From: Malacoraja senta
Lineage: Eukaryota
Assembly (NCBI GenBank): GCA_038087875.1
Contig: CM075998.1
Coordinates: 3,908,001 to 3,972,000, forward strand
Length of the DNA: 64,000 bases
Reading direction: 5' to 3'
Position 1 is the stretch's first letter, and the number at the start of each line of letters is the position of its first letter. A program made the translations under genes and the position numbers. Shown piece after piece: positions 24,299-36,440 of this stretch. A model generated the notes under the pieces. That model searched no databases, had not been told where the DNA came from, and saw nothing but the letters and a program-made list of their open reading frames with translations.

Positions 24299-26432
24299 TC
24301 ACGGCATGGAGTTGGCAAACCTGCTCTGCCCTGCCAGGGTGGTCAGCACTGAACCCATGTCGCTGATGGCCATGTTGGACATTCCTGTCTGCAGCCCGCT
24401 CGCCCTGCAGGGGGTGGCCAGGCAGGGGGACGCTGGGATGATGTGGGGCCCGTCGCCTGCCTCGTCCACGATCGCCGCAAAGTCGATCTGATGCTCGAGG
24501 TCCAGCGACTCCATGTAGAGTGGCAAGCCCAGCTTCATGGGGTCCAAGTCCAGCATCATCTGCTGCTGATGCTGCTGCTGTAGAGCGCAGCTGTCTTGCG
24601 ATGAATGCAGATGCATTGAGTTGGCCGCCTGCTTCCTTAAGTGCGGCCTTGCCTGCTGGATCTGCATGGGGCTGGAGTATAGCAGTGATGCATCTTGCGG
24701 TGCCACCAGGGGGCAGTGTATGGGGGGGAGGTTGATGGGCCGCTCGGTGCTGGCGGCCGATGGCTTGTGGACAGGGCTGACGAGGGGCAGGAATTCTCTC
24801 TCCGCTGTTTGTCTCCTCGGCAGCTTTTGGGCCGGAGGCGGGTGCGGTGCCATCCCGTGATCCTGGCAGTCCGCGTAGCCCGCGTAGGGCTGGCTGTGTG
24901 GAGGGGGGCTGCGCAGGGCCCGGCTCTGCGCCCCCTCGCCCCACATGAGGGCCTGTTGCGACTGCACATAGTTCCGCACCATCATCTCCTTCACCTGCAT
25001 CATGGGCGTGCGGGCACCCCCGCCCCACCTCCCCTCCCGCAGCGGCGAGCACAGCGTGCCCGCTGGCTGGCAGCAGTCGTGCCTCACGCACTCTGCTGCA
25101 GCGGGCATCGCGGCTTTGGGCAGGGCGAAGTCTTGCCTGCTTCCCATTGCCTGCTGCTTGGTGTTTTGGCACGGGTTTAACATGGGCACCGGCTGGTGGA
25201 ACTGGTGCTCGGGCTTCACCTGCTGCTGCGCCCGCTGCCCGTTACCGAACGCGCTCTGCTGGCACAGGGGGCTGGGAGTCACATTCATGTTGTGTTGGAT
25301 GTAGGGCGTGGAGTGCGGGGTTGAAGGTGACCCGTGGTTAAGGCACTGACTGGGCCGGGCTGGGCTTGGCTCAATGCCACGCTGGGCGGGCATCTGAATG
25401 GCAGGGATATCCATGCTGCCCGGACTGACTTCACTCCACTGTATGGGCATGTGGTTCTCATGAGGACAGCCCTGTCTCTGGGCCTGGAACTCTCTCATCT
25501 GACGCTGGTCCACAATGTAGTGCTGCTGGGAGACACTACCGTCTGCCATGGCCTGATGGGCAATGCCAACCTGCGTGTTCCCCGCGTTGGAGGAGTTGGC
25601 ATAGAGACTCAGATGGTGCAATCGCCCTGGGCTGTGAAGCTCTGCTGACTGTGTGTTGCAAAGCTGATGGTTTAAGGAGGCACAATGGCGCCTTGGCAGT
25701 GCTGGTAGGCCGTCATGTGGCCCACCTCCATCATGGTGTTCTCCGTGATGCTGGGCGGCCGAGGGGAGTAGACGTGGGGGCGGGAGTTGGTGTCCGAGCC
25801 GGCAGGGTGCGCCAGGCGGCAGCTGCCCGGTGCTGAAGCGATGGCGGTGGTGGTGGTGGGGCCCACGTTGCTGAGGCTGTTGAAGCGCTGCACCTTGGGC
25901 ATCGACTGCGAGTCGGCGGCCGGCCGCACCGGCTCACTCGCCCGCCTCGCGCTCAACCCCGGCCCGTAGTGCGGCCTGGGCTCGTAGCCGCTCTCGCCGC
26001 CTCGGCACTGCGGCCCGTGTCCCGGGAAGCCGTGCCCGCCGGGGCGGTGGAGGCCGGCGTGGAAGGGGGAGAGGGCGCCGCCCGTGGGCAAGGGGGTGGG
26101 CGGTGGCCCGCCGGTGGCGGCCGCGTACTTGGCCCTGAGACGGTGCTGCTGGGCGGGAGAGAGGAAGGGCAGCCCCGGCGGCGCGGCGTCGGGAGAGCCG
26201 GGGTCGTGGGGTCGTTCGCCACTGCAGTTGCCGAGGGACACCTCGCTGGACAGGTACGGGGAAATGGCCGACGAGCGGCGGCTGACGGTGTAGGCCGAGC
26301 TGACCGTGCTGGCGCTGCTTTCCCGCCGCTCTGGCAGCGCCACCCTCGCCCCGTGGTCCTCGCCCGCCGCTTGCGCCAGTCGGTGGCAAGGTGGAACCGC
26401 TGATCCGCACATGGGCACCTCACCGGGCAGAG
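24299..26432 (-). CDS. GLI1: GLI1 large terminal exon (PKA cluster, AKYAAATGGPPPTPLP, RRASEP, SPRPPSITEN, NMPIQW, C-terminal NMAISDM..L activation motif), split by one frameshift near 25672-25730
   Basis: ttcgtccacag acceptor at 26433; ORFs 25672-26418 and 24299-25621 are in different frames but both carry GLI motifs; TGA at 24301-24299. Confidence 0.93.
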
Positions 26433-27224
26433 CTGTGGACGAAGAACAGTTCCAGCATCAGATCTTCTGGCAGAGACAGACAGGGTAGACAGTCAGAACC
26501 TTTAGATCAGCCACAATTGAATGGCACAGTACACTTGATGGGCCGAATAGCCTAATTCTACTCCTATTCCTCGTAACCTTTTTTTCCCCCCCCAGGACGG
26601 AAATACCAGAGGGCACAGCTATGAGGTGAGAGGGGCAAAGGAGATGTGTGGGGCAAGTTTTTTTTACACAGAGGGTGGTAGGTGCCTAAAGCGTGCTGCC
26701 GGGGGTGGTGGAGGAGGCAGCTACAATAGTGCGGGTTTTAGAAACATAGACAATAGGTGCAGGAGTAGGCCATTCGGCCCTTCGAGCCTGCACCGCCATT
26801 CAATATGATCATGGCTGATCATCCAACTCAGTATCCCGTACCTGCCTTCTCTCCATACCCCCTGATCCCTTTAGCCACAAGGGCCACATCTAACTCCCTC
26901 TTAAATATAGCCAATGAACTGGCCTCAACTACCCTCTGTGGCAGAGAGTTCCAGAGATTCACCACTCTCTGTGTGAAAAATGATTTTCTCATCTCGGTCC
27001 TAAAGGATTTCCCCCTTATCCTTAAACTGTGACCCCTTGTCCTGGACTTCCCCAACATCGGGAATAATCTTAGATAGACACATGGATATGGATCATGTCC
27101 AGACAGAGGAGCTTGGTTTGGGCTGAAGGGCCTGTTCCTATGCTCTACTGCTCTGTGTTCTACATGGCTGACGGGAATTTGACCTCATATATAAAGAGGC
27201 CCTTCGACCCACCATGCCCTTGTT

Positions 27225-28119
27225 TTTTATTTTATTTTATTTTTATTTATTTTTTTCTTCTTTTTTTTTCTTTTTGTTTTTTGTTTTTGTTTTTGTTTTT
27301 GTTATTTTGTTGTTGTTTATTTTATTAGAAGTTAATACAATACAAAACAATACAGTGGCACCTAATTTTAGGTGCCAACTATGTCGTAACGTAATGCATT
27401 CTATGTACAACCTCTAGTTTAATGTTTTTGAAAAGGAGGTAAAAAATTAAAAAAAAATAAAGAAAAAAATAGAGAAAAGAAAGAGGAAAAATAAATAGTA
27501 GAAAATAGAAAAACGTGAAGTGTGTATATAAGAAAAGAAAAAAATAGAAAGTAGAAATAGTAGAAAAAGACCCTTAAAAAAGAAATTTTCAAATCTTTGT
27601 TTTGGAGATGTAAATCTATCTACGACCTGGCCTGAAATCAGTAATCTTTACGGTACTGCTGCATCAGATGATTCCAAAAAGTCGATGAAAGGTGACCAAC
27701 TCCTTAAGAATTGGTCATATTTATCTATTAGGCGGAGTCTCATTTCTTCAAGGTGTGCTATGTCCGTCATATTCCTAATCCACATTTTAATAGTATTTTT
27801 CCAAAATTTAAGTATCAATTTCTTTCCAATTATTAACCCATAATTAAAGAATACTTTTTGGTCTTTGTTTAAATTGATATCTTCTAATATTATTCCAAAT
27901 ATAATCCATTCCATATTAGGTTCTATTCTTGACTTGAAGAGCTTTGTAAATATATCAAATATATCGCTCCAAAATGTATTCAACTTTGTACATCCTACAA
28001 ATGAATGTGTTATATTGGCATTTTGAAACAAACATTTATCGCATCTGGGAGAGACATTTGGGTAACATTTATTCAACCTCGTTTTTGAATAATATAGTCC
28101 ATGTAATAATTTAAATTGA
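27225..28119 (-). mobile_element. 5'-truncated L1-clade LINE with poly(A) tail and 15-bp TSD
   Basis: ORF2 C-terminal cysteine-rich motif QFKLLHGLYYSKTRL..RCDKC..THSFVGC; T-rich tail on +; TSD caccatgcccttgtt (27210-27224, 28120-28134). Confidence 0.9.
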
Positions 28120-29050
28120 CACCATGCCCTTGTTGGACCCACAAATATCCATCTATATTAATCCCATTTACCAGCAAGGTCCCTCATCTTCTCTGCTTTA
28201 GTACTTTGGGTACTTTGTGAATGTTTTGGGCCTCAGGCAGTGCTTTCCAGATTTCAATCCCCCCCTCAGTAGAGGTTCGGGGTGGGGAAGACACATCTTC
28301 AGATCTTGGCGGCATGGTGGCGCAGCGGTAGAGTTGCTGCCTCACAGCGCCAGATACCCGAGTTCGACCCTGACTACGGGTACTGTCTGCACGGAGTTTG
28401 GATGTTCTCCCTGCGACCTCGTGGGTCCAAAGACCTTGGGTTTTCAGGTTAATTGGCTTCTGTAAATTGTCCCTAGTGTGTGTAGATTAGAAGAGGTGAT
28501 CAGTGGTCAGCAAGAACTCGATGGGCTGAATGGCCTGTTTCCACGCTGGATCTCTAAACTAAACTAAACTAATCTTCTCCAAATTCCTGCTGTACCCAAA
28601 CAGCTGTTCCCTGGAGATTTAGATACACCTTGCTCTTGTTAGTTGTCTAGGAAGGAACTGCAGATGCTGGTTTACACCAAAGATAGACACAAAGTGCTGG
28701 AGTAACTCAGCGGGACAGGCAGCATCTCTGGAGAGAAGGGAATGGGTGACGCAATTTTGGGTCGAGACCCTTCTTCAGACTGAGAGGCAGGGGTGAGGGA
28801 AGCTGGAGATAAGGAAGAGCAAGGTGTGAACTTGTTAGTTGTTGGAGGTGAATAAAGATTTGGGTAAAAACGGAGGGAATTCACCCACAAGTTGATGTTG
28901 AGTCAGTTTGGCCGCTGCTATCTCTGGTGACGTGACCATTTGTGCAAAGCTGGGTGACGGGAGGGCCTGACCCCCCTCCGCGGGGATCGGGGAAGATCTC
29001 CGAGGTTTCCGCGGCCCTCCCGCCCGCCCACCCAGGGTAGGACTGCTCAC

Positions 29051-29348
29051 CGCTGCCCTGTATGTTGGCTCCCCGCGATGGCGGCGTGGGCTTGCGTATC
29101 TGCTTGAGCTTCCCGATCTTCAGCTCGGCCAGCCGTTGCAGCGCCGTGGCGTTGCGCCGCAGCCTGGCCTCTGCCGAGGGGGCCACCGTGGAATCGGCGC
29201 ACGGCGCGTCTTCGATGCTGGTCAGGTCCTCGAAGCTGCCGCCGCCGTTGGCGTTCATCTCCACTCCGCTGTCGTTGTTGTTGGCGCTGCCCTGAAAGGA
29301 CCTCTCGCTGCTGCTCGATGAGCGACCTCCGGGGCTGGCCTGGGGATT
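29051..29348 (-). CDS. GLI1: GLI1 exon with the DSGVEM beta-TrCP degron: NPQASPGGRSSSSSERS...NNNDSGVEMNANGGGSFEDL...LAELKIGKLKQIR
   Basis: tttctattgcag acceptor, G|gtgagc donor, 298 nt, phase 0 to 1; DSGVEM at 29256-29273. Confidence 0.95.
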
Positions 29349-30674
29349 CTGCAATAGAAAGATCACACCATTACCAGGACCCGAGGGCCCCAGCCATAGG
29401 GACAGAGATAATGTACGAGGATGTTGCCAGGACCTGAGGGACTGAGCTATAGGGAGCAGAGAGGATTCACGAGGATGTTGCCATCCAGAGAGTTGTGAAT
29501 TTGTGGAATTCCCTGCCACAGAGGGCAGTGGAGGCCAAGTCACTGGATGGATTTAAGAGAGAGTTAAATAGAGCTCTAGGGGCTAGTGGAGTCAAGGGAT
29601 ATGGGGAGAAGGCAGGCACGGGTTTATTGATTGGGGATGATCAGCCATGATCACAATGAATGGCGGTGCTGGCTCGAAGGCCAAATGGCCTCCTCCTGCA
29701 CCTATTTTCTATGTTTCTATATCCCTATAGGGAGATGTCGAGCAGGATAGGACTGTATTCACAGCGCAGGAGGATGAGGGGCGATCATATTTAGTTCAGT
29801 TTAGTTTAATGATACAGCGTGGAAACAGGCCCTTCGGCCCACCAAGCCCGCACCGACCAGCGATCCCCGGAAGCTTACACTATCCGACTCACACGAGGGA
29901 CAATTTACCATTTTTACCGAAGCCAATTAACCTACAAACCTGCACGTCTTTGCAGTGTGGGGGGAAACCGGAGCACCCGGAGAAAACCCACGCAGGTCAC
30001 GAGGAGAGAACGTACAAACTCCGTACAGACAGCCCCGTGGTCAGGATGGAACCCGGGGTCTCCAGCGCTGTGAGGCAGCAACTCTACCGCTGCGCCACCC
30101 GATGGGTGAGGAGGACATATACAACAAGGCATATTTGGAGTGTTGCGTGCAATTCTGGGTCTCCCCATTACAGGAAGGATGTGGAGGCTTTGGAGAGGGG
30201 GCAGAGGAAGTTTACCAGAATGTACGGGGCTTGGTGAAACTAAATTGTCCCTAGTGTGTGTGTGTGGGATAGTGTTGGCGTGCGGGGATCGCTGGTCGGC
30301 GCCGACCCGGTGTGCCGAAGGGCCCGTTTCTGCGCTGTATCTCGAAACTAAACTGAACCTGTACTCGTCTGTGGAATTCTCTGCCTCAGAGGGCGGTGGA
30401 GGCAGGTTCTCTGGATGCTTTCAAGAGAGAGCTAGATAGGGCTCTTAAAGATAGCGGAGTCAGGGGATATGGGGAGAAGGCAGGAATGGGGTACTGATTG
30501 GGGATGATCAGCCATGATCACATTGAATGGCGGTGCTGGCTCGAAGGGCCGAATGGCCTCTACTCCTGCACCTATTGTCTATTGTCTAGTGTCTAGTGTG
30601 ATTACAGGTGATGAAGAGGTGACCAGGAGGCTGAGGGAGGTGTAGGGTCTGGCGTGTGTGGAGCGTTTGCTTGC

Positions 30675-30947
30675 CATGGTCGTGTCGGCCACCATTAGCC
30701 GTCCCTGCAGGAAGTCCTCCATCTTCCCGGTGCCAATGCTGTGAGCTTCGTCGTACGGGGTCTCTCCGTCCGGTGCCAGCAGCGGCCTGACGCCATCCTG
30801 TGCCGCCGGAGGCCTGGTGCCAACGTCGCCGCGTTGCTTCTTGGTCACGTGAGCCTCGGGGCCGTGCACAGTCTTCACGTGCTTCCTCAGCGAGCTGGGG
30901 TCCGTGTAGCGCTTGGTGCAACACGGGATCTTGCACACGTATGGCTT
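30675..30947 (-). CDS. GLI1: GLI1 exon, ZF5 and [44 protein letters not shown]...ADTTM
   Basis: cgacag acceptor; 273 nt if the donor is the non-canonical ATG|gcaagc, so the 3' boundary is less certain. Confidence 0.95.
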
Positions 30948-31519
30948 CTGTCGAACGCACGGACAATGTGGTTACAACCAGACCGATGGAGAAAGGTGGG
31001 AGTGGAGGGACAGATTAGTTCAGTTTAGAGATACAGGCCCTTCAATCAGAAACGTCACCCATTCCTTCTCTCCAGAGATGCTGCCTGACCCGCTGAGTTA
31101 CTCCAGCGTTTTGTGTCTACCTTCTGCTTCTGAAGGGAATTGACTCCCTTTCCACCCTCTTCCAGGCCATGGCTTCTCATTCACTTCTTTTAGCTGAACG
31201 AGGAGCTTTTACTGTATAAACAAAGTACCGCGAAAATCAAAACTGCTGTCTGTGCAGTTTGCAAAAGCTGACCATCAGACCTCGACCCCCCCCCCACGGA
31301 AGGCCTCCAGCGTACCCCGTGGACATCGCATCTTCCCTCTCCAGGGACACGCGAGCACGGACGTAGGCCTGGAAGAGGGACAGGCAGTCAACTCGAGCAG
31401 AGCCCTCTGCCTGGACCCACGGGTGGCCATCTTGGCCAGGCCCAGGAGCAAACCGACAGGGAGACCCCCCCCCCCCCCCCCCACCGATCAACCCTCCGTA
31501 CCGGGTGACCAAAGATCAG

Positions 31520-31990
31520 GAGAGCAGGACTGCCATGTCCCTTCCACCATCTGTGTCAGAATGCACTTGCACCATCTGCACCTCACGCTGGCTCGGCAAG
31601 GCCAGCAGCATCATCAAGGACCAGTCTCAACCCCGGCCACTCCCTCTTCCCCCCTCTCCCATCGGGCAAGAGGTACAGAAGTGTGAAAACAAACGCACAC
31701 ACACCTCCAGATTCAGGGACAGTTTCTTCCCAGCTGTTATCAGGCAACTGAACCATCCTACCACAACCAGAGAGCAGTGCTGAACTACTATCTACCTCAT
31801 CGGTGACCCTCGGACTATCCTTGATCGGACTTTGCTGGCTTTACCTTGCACTAAACGTTATTCCCTTATCATGTATCTGTACACTGTGGACGGCTCGATT
31901 GTAATCATGTATTGTCTTTCCGCTGACTGGTTAGCACGCAACAAAAGCTTTTCACTGTACCTCAGTACACGTGACAATAAACTAAAGCTT
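31520..31990 (+). mobile_element. Rex1/Babar-like LINE 3' fragment
   Basis: TSRWLGKASSIIKD..TSRFRDSFFPAVIRQLN and cacgtgacaataaa tail; related copies at ~33990-34750, ~52010-52330 (-) and ~54490-54950. Confidence 0.8.
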
Positions 31991-32056
31991 AACTGAGTTC
32001 CCTGACCTACCTTTGCCACTCACGTACGACCTGAGTGAAGTACATGGCGGCATTCA

Positions 32057-32464
<408 letters not shown>

Positions 32465-32537
32465 TTAGTGTACACTTCAACAATATACATGTCAGCTTGT
32501 AATTAAACATTGGCATGAATTATCAGCAGGCACTCAC

Positions 32538-32687
32538 TGTACATTTATGTGGCTTCTCGCCTGTGTGTCGCCTCATGTGGACCACCAACATGTACTGGGC
32601 CTTGAATGGTCTCTGCTCTCTCGAACACTCCAGCCAGTGACATACAAACTCCTTCTTCTCACCGTGAATGTGCTCGTTATTAATGTG
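32538..32687 (-). CDS. GLI1: GLI1 exon, ZF1-ZF3: [50 protein letters not shown]
   Basis: Hand-translated (not in the ORF track); ttacag acceptor, ACA|gtgagt donor, 150 nt; CHW and QRPFK are GLI1-type (GLI2/3 have CRW and QKPFK). Confidence 0.98.
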
Positions 32688-33364
32688 CTGTAAGGTACAG
32701 AGAGGAGGTCACACACGCTTGGTCACTGAGTTGAAGCCGCTTCTGCTTCAAAGAGCTGACTCATTTAAAATTGTTTTTTATTTCACGACATGAGACCATG
32801 CCCATCATTATTGCCCATCCCTAATGGCCCCTTGAGAAGGTTGGGGGGGGGGGGGACGCCATCTTGAACCACTGCAGTCCCTCTGGTGATGGTGACTGAA
32901 GGAGTCTGAAAAAGGGTCTCGACCTTTTATAAGGTCATGTCATAGGAGCAGAAGGAGGCCTTTCGGTCTACTCTGCCATTCAATAGACAATCGGTGCAGG
33001 AGTAGGCCATTTGGCCCTTCGAGCCAGCACCGCCATTCAATGTGATCATGGCTGATCATCCCCAATCAGTACCCCGTTCCTGCCTTTTCCCCATATCCCC
33101 TGACTCCGCTATCTTCAAGAGCCCTATCTAGCTCTCTCTTGAAAGTATCCAGAGAACCGGCCTCCGCCGCCCTCTGAGACCCGAAACGTCACCCATTCCT
33201 TCTCTCCAGAGATGCTGCCTGACCTGCTGAGTTACTCCCGCACTTTGTGGTCGAGATTCGGTGTAAACCAGCATCTGCGGTTCCTTCCCACACACGGAAG
33301 TCCAAAAGAGATGATTATGAAGTTTGCCGCGGTCTGGCTTGTCACAAAGGCTGTGGTTACTCAC

Positions 33365-33505
33365 GTGCACAAGCTGGTCCTGAGTATCGAACTCTTTACT
33401 GCATCCCTCCCAGTTGCAGTTAGTCTCGTAGATGCTCTCTGTATCCTGTTTACCATCCTCCTTATCTCCATCTCCCCTTCCGTCCATCATTCCCAGCAGG
33501 TGGTC
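33365..33505 (-). CDS. GLI1: GLI1 exon, zinc finger 1 (N-part): [47 protein letters not shown]
   Basis: ttgcag acceptor, CAC|gtgagt donor, 141 nt. Confidence 0.97.
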
Positions 33506-34858
33506 CTGCAATGAATCAGAGTATCACACAGGAACGTGGGCGGCACGGTGGCGCAGCGGTAGAGTTGCCGCCTCACAGCGCCAGAGACCCGGGTTCCATC
33601 CCGACTGCGGGCGCTGTCTGTACGGAGTTTGTATGTTCTCCCCGTGGGTTATCTCCAAGATCTTCGGTTTCCTCCCACACTCCAAAGACGTGTAGGTTTG
33701 TCGGTTAATTGGCTTGGTAGAAATGTCAATTGTCCCTAGTGTGTGTGTGTAGGGTGGTGTTAATATGCTGGAGTGTGGATGGAATCCGGGGCACCCAGAG
33801 CAAACCACGCAGGTCACGGGGAGAACGTACAAACTCCATACAGACAGCACCCGAGGTTAGGATGGATCCCGGGTCTCTGCCGCTTTGAGGCAGCAACTCT
33901 ACCGCTGCGCCATTGAAAAGAAAACTTGCCCCGCATATCTCCTTTAAACCTTCCAACACTTGAAACATGTCCGAAGCAAAGGTTTACTCAGCTGCAAAAT
34001 GACTTCCCAACTTTTACAGATGCTTCTACAGATGCACCACAGAAAGTATTTTATCAGGATGCATCACAGCTTGATGTGGGATCAGCTCCACCCGGGACCG
34101 TAAAAAAAATCACAGCGAATTGTGGACGCGGCCCAGGCCATCACTCAAACCGACCTCCCTTCCATCGACTCCATCTACACCTCACGCTGCCTCGGCAAGG
34201 CCAGCAGCATCATCAAGGACCAGTCTCACCCCTGGTCACTCCCTCTTCTCCCCTCTCCCATCGGGCAAGAGGTACAGAAGTGTGAAAACGCACGCACACC
34301 TCCAGATTCAGGGACAGTTTCTTCCCAGCTGTTATCAGGCAACTGAACCATCCTACCACAACCAGAGAGTGGTCCTGAACTACTATCTACCTCATTGGTG
34401 ACCCTCGGACTATCTTTGATCAGACTTTGCTGGCTTTACCTTGCACTAAACGTTATTCCCTTATCACGGGTACACAAAAATGCTGGAGAAACTCAGCGGG
34501 TGCAGCAGCATCTATGGAGCGAAGGAAATGCTCCATAGATGCTGCTGCACCCGCTGAGTTTCTCCAGCATTTTTGTGTACCTTCGATTTTCCAGCATCTG
34601 CAGTTCCTTCTTTAACACTTATTCCCTTATCACGTATCTGTACACTGTAAACGGATTGATTCTAATCATGTATTTATTGTCTTTCCGCTGACTGGTTAGC
34701 ACACAACAAAAGTTTTTCACTGTACCTCGATACACGTGACAATAAACACAACTGAAGTTTTATACTCAAAGCCACTCATTGACACGCAGTCTGTCCCCTT
34801 GGATGGAGAATTGCATGCGGACATCCGTTGTGGAGAGGGCTGGAGGGAAGGGTTGTAC

Positions 34859-34966
34859 CTGTGTGCCTGTAGAGGCAGGGCTGGAGACATCTTCCTCAGA
34901 CCTCTCCTCCAAGCATTTCCCATTCAGCAGATCCAATGTACAGCTGAGCAACGACTCCGCTTTCAT
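34859..34966 (-). CDS. GLI1: GLI1 exon: MKAESLLSCTLDLLNGKCLEERSEEDVSSPASTGTQ
   Basis: ctgacag acceptor, CAG|gtacaa donor, 108 nt; GKC.EE..E.DVSSPASTG.Q is characteristic of GLI1. Confidence 0.93.
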
Positions 34967-35178
34967 CTGTCAGAGGATTGAAATGCAAGGTTTGCACAGA
35001 GCTACAGCAAGTGCTTGTCACATCACGGCGTTAAGCCGCCAAAATAACATGGAGTTGTAGAGTCATAGAGCACAGAAACAGGCCCTTCGGCCCAACTCGT
35101 CCATGCTAACAAGACGTCTACCTAAGATAGTAGTCCCATTTGCCCCCATTTCACTCATATCCATCGAAACCTTTGACT

Positions 35179-35415
35179 GCCCCGACGCAGGAGTTTCGAC
35201 CGCCCCGACACAGGAGTTTCGACCGCCCCGACACAGGAGTTTCGAACGCCCCGACGCAGGAGTTTCGAACGCCCCGACGCAGGAGTTTCGAGCGCCCCGA
35301 CGCAGGAGTTTCGAACGCCCCGACAGAGGAGTTTCAAGCACCCCGATGCAGGAGTTTCAAGTGCCCCAACGCAGGAGTTTCAAGTGCCCCGACGGATGGT
35401 TCGACTGCCCCGACT
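35179..35415 (+). repeat. 23-bp minisatellite (gccccgacgcaggagtttcgaNc), about 10 copies
   Basis: Units start at 35179, 35202 and so on; no spacers. Confidence 0.95.
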
Positions 35416-35689
35416 GCGGGAGAATACAGAGGGAAGAAGATTGGACTTTATTGCCTTCCATCACAGTGAAGAATGTGGGGAATCCACTGTGGTGGATGTT
35501 TATGTTAACTTTTATGTAATTGTGTGCTTTGTTGCTTTTTTCTTCATATGGCTGTATGGTAATTTGCATATCACTCTACCTTAATTGGTACACGTGACAA
35601 TAAAAGACCTTTGACACCTTTTAAAAAAACGTAGAGACCTACATCGTAGAAACAGGCCCTTTGGCCCAACTAGTCCGGTGGCTGCCAAA

Positions 35690-36160
35690 CACTTTAACTC
35701 CCCCTCCCATTCCCACACCGACCTTTCTGTCCAGGGCCGCCTCCACTGTCAGAGTGAGGCCACACGCAAATTGGAGGAACAGCATCTCATATTTTGCTCG
35801 GGCAGCTTACACCCCAGCGGGATGAACATTGACTTCTCCAACTTCAAGTAACCCTTGCTTTCCCTCTCTCCCCATCCCTACCCTTCCCAGTTCTCCAACT
35901 AGTTTCACTGTCCTCCTGACTAGTTTTACTGTATGTACGCCTCGTTGTCACCTTCCCCTCAGCCAACAGTGAACCATTCTACATTCCCTTGATCATCATC
36001 TGCTTTGATCTGTCCTTTTCACACCTTGCCCTTCCATATCTCTCGTCTCCTTCTCCCCAGACTCTCAGTCTGAAGAAGGGTCTCGACCTGAACATCACCC
36101 ATTCCTTCTCTCCAGAGATGCTGCCTGACCCGCTGAGTTACTCCAGCACTTTGTGTCTAT
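35690..36160 (+). mobile_element. Penelope-like element 3' fragment (GIY-YIG C-terminus and terminal region)
   Basis: HFNSPSHSHTDLSV..RKLEEQHLIF..SLHPSGMNIDFSNFK*, followed by ctgaagaagggtctcgac; inverted copy at ~38310-38725. Confidence 0.85.
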
Positions 36161-36440
36161 CTAAATGCTACTTAAGCTAGTCATCCCAGTTACCTGCATT
36201 TGACTTGTATCCCTCTAAACCTTTTATAGAGTCGTAGAAACCTTGAAACCTTGAGTTATACAGCACAGAAACAGGATGAATACTTGGAATATGGAGTCAC
36301 GCATGCAAACAGGCCCTTCGACCCGCTGAGTCCGTGCCATCCATTGACACCAATCCCATTCTATTCGCCCCGCCCGTCCCACCCACGCCCCCTGGTGGTG
36401 TGTTCGCTGCTGGCGCGGCTGAGCCGACCCTCCCGGATAC

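Noticed and set aside
24225..26423. Overlapping alternative-frame and antisense ORFs in the GLI1 last exon
   Set aside because: Expected in GC-rich coding sequence; no recognisable domains.
33538..33610. tRNA gene-like sequences (A and B boxes)
   Set aside because: They are heads of V-SINE copies and continue into the SINE core and LINE tail.
35179..35415. CRISPR-like appearance of the 23-bp array (and of the 66-bp arrays)
   Set aside because: Contiguous tandem units with no unique spacers, no cas genes, and a vertebrate intronic context.
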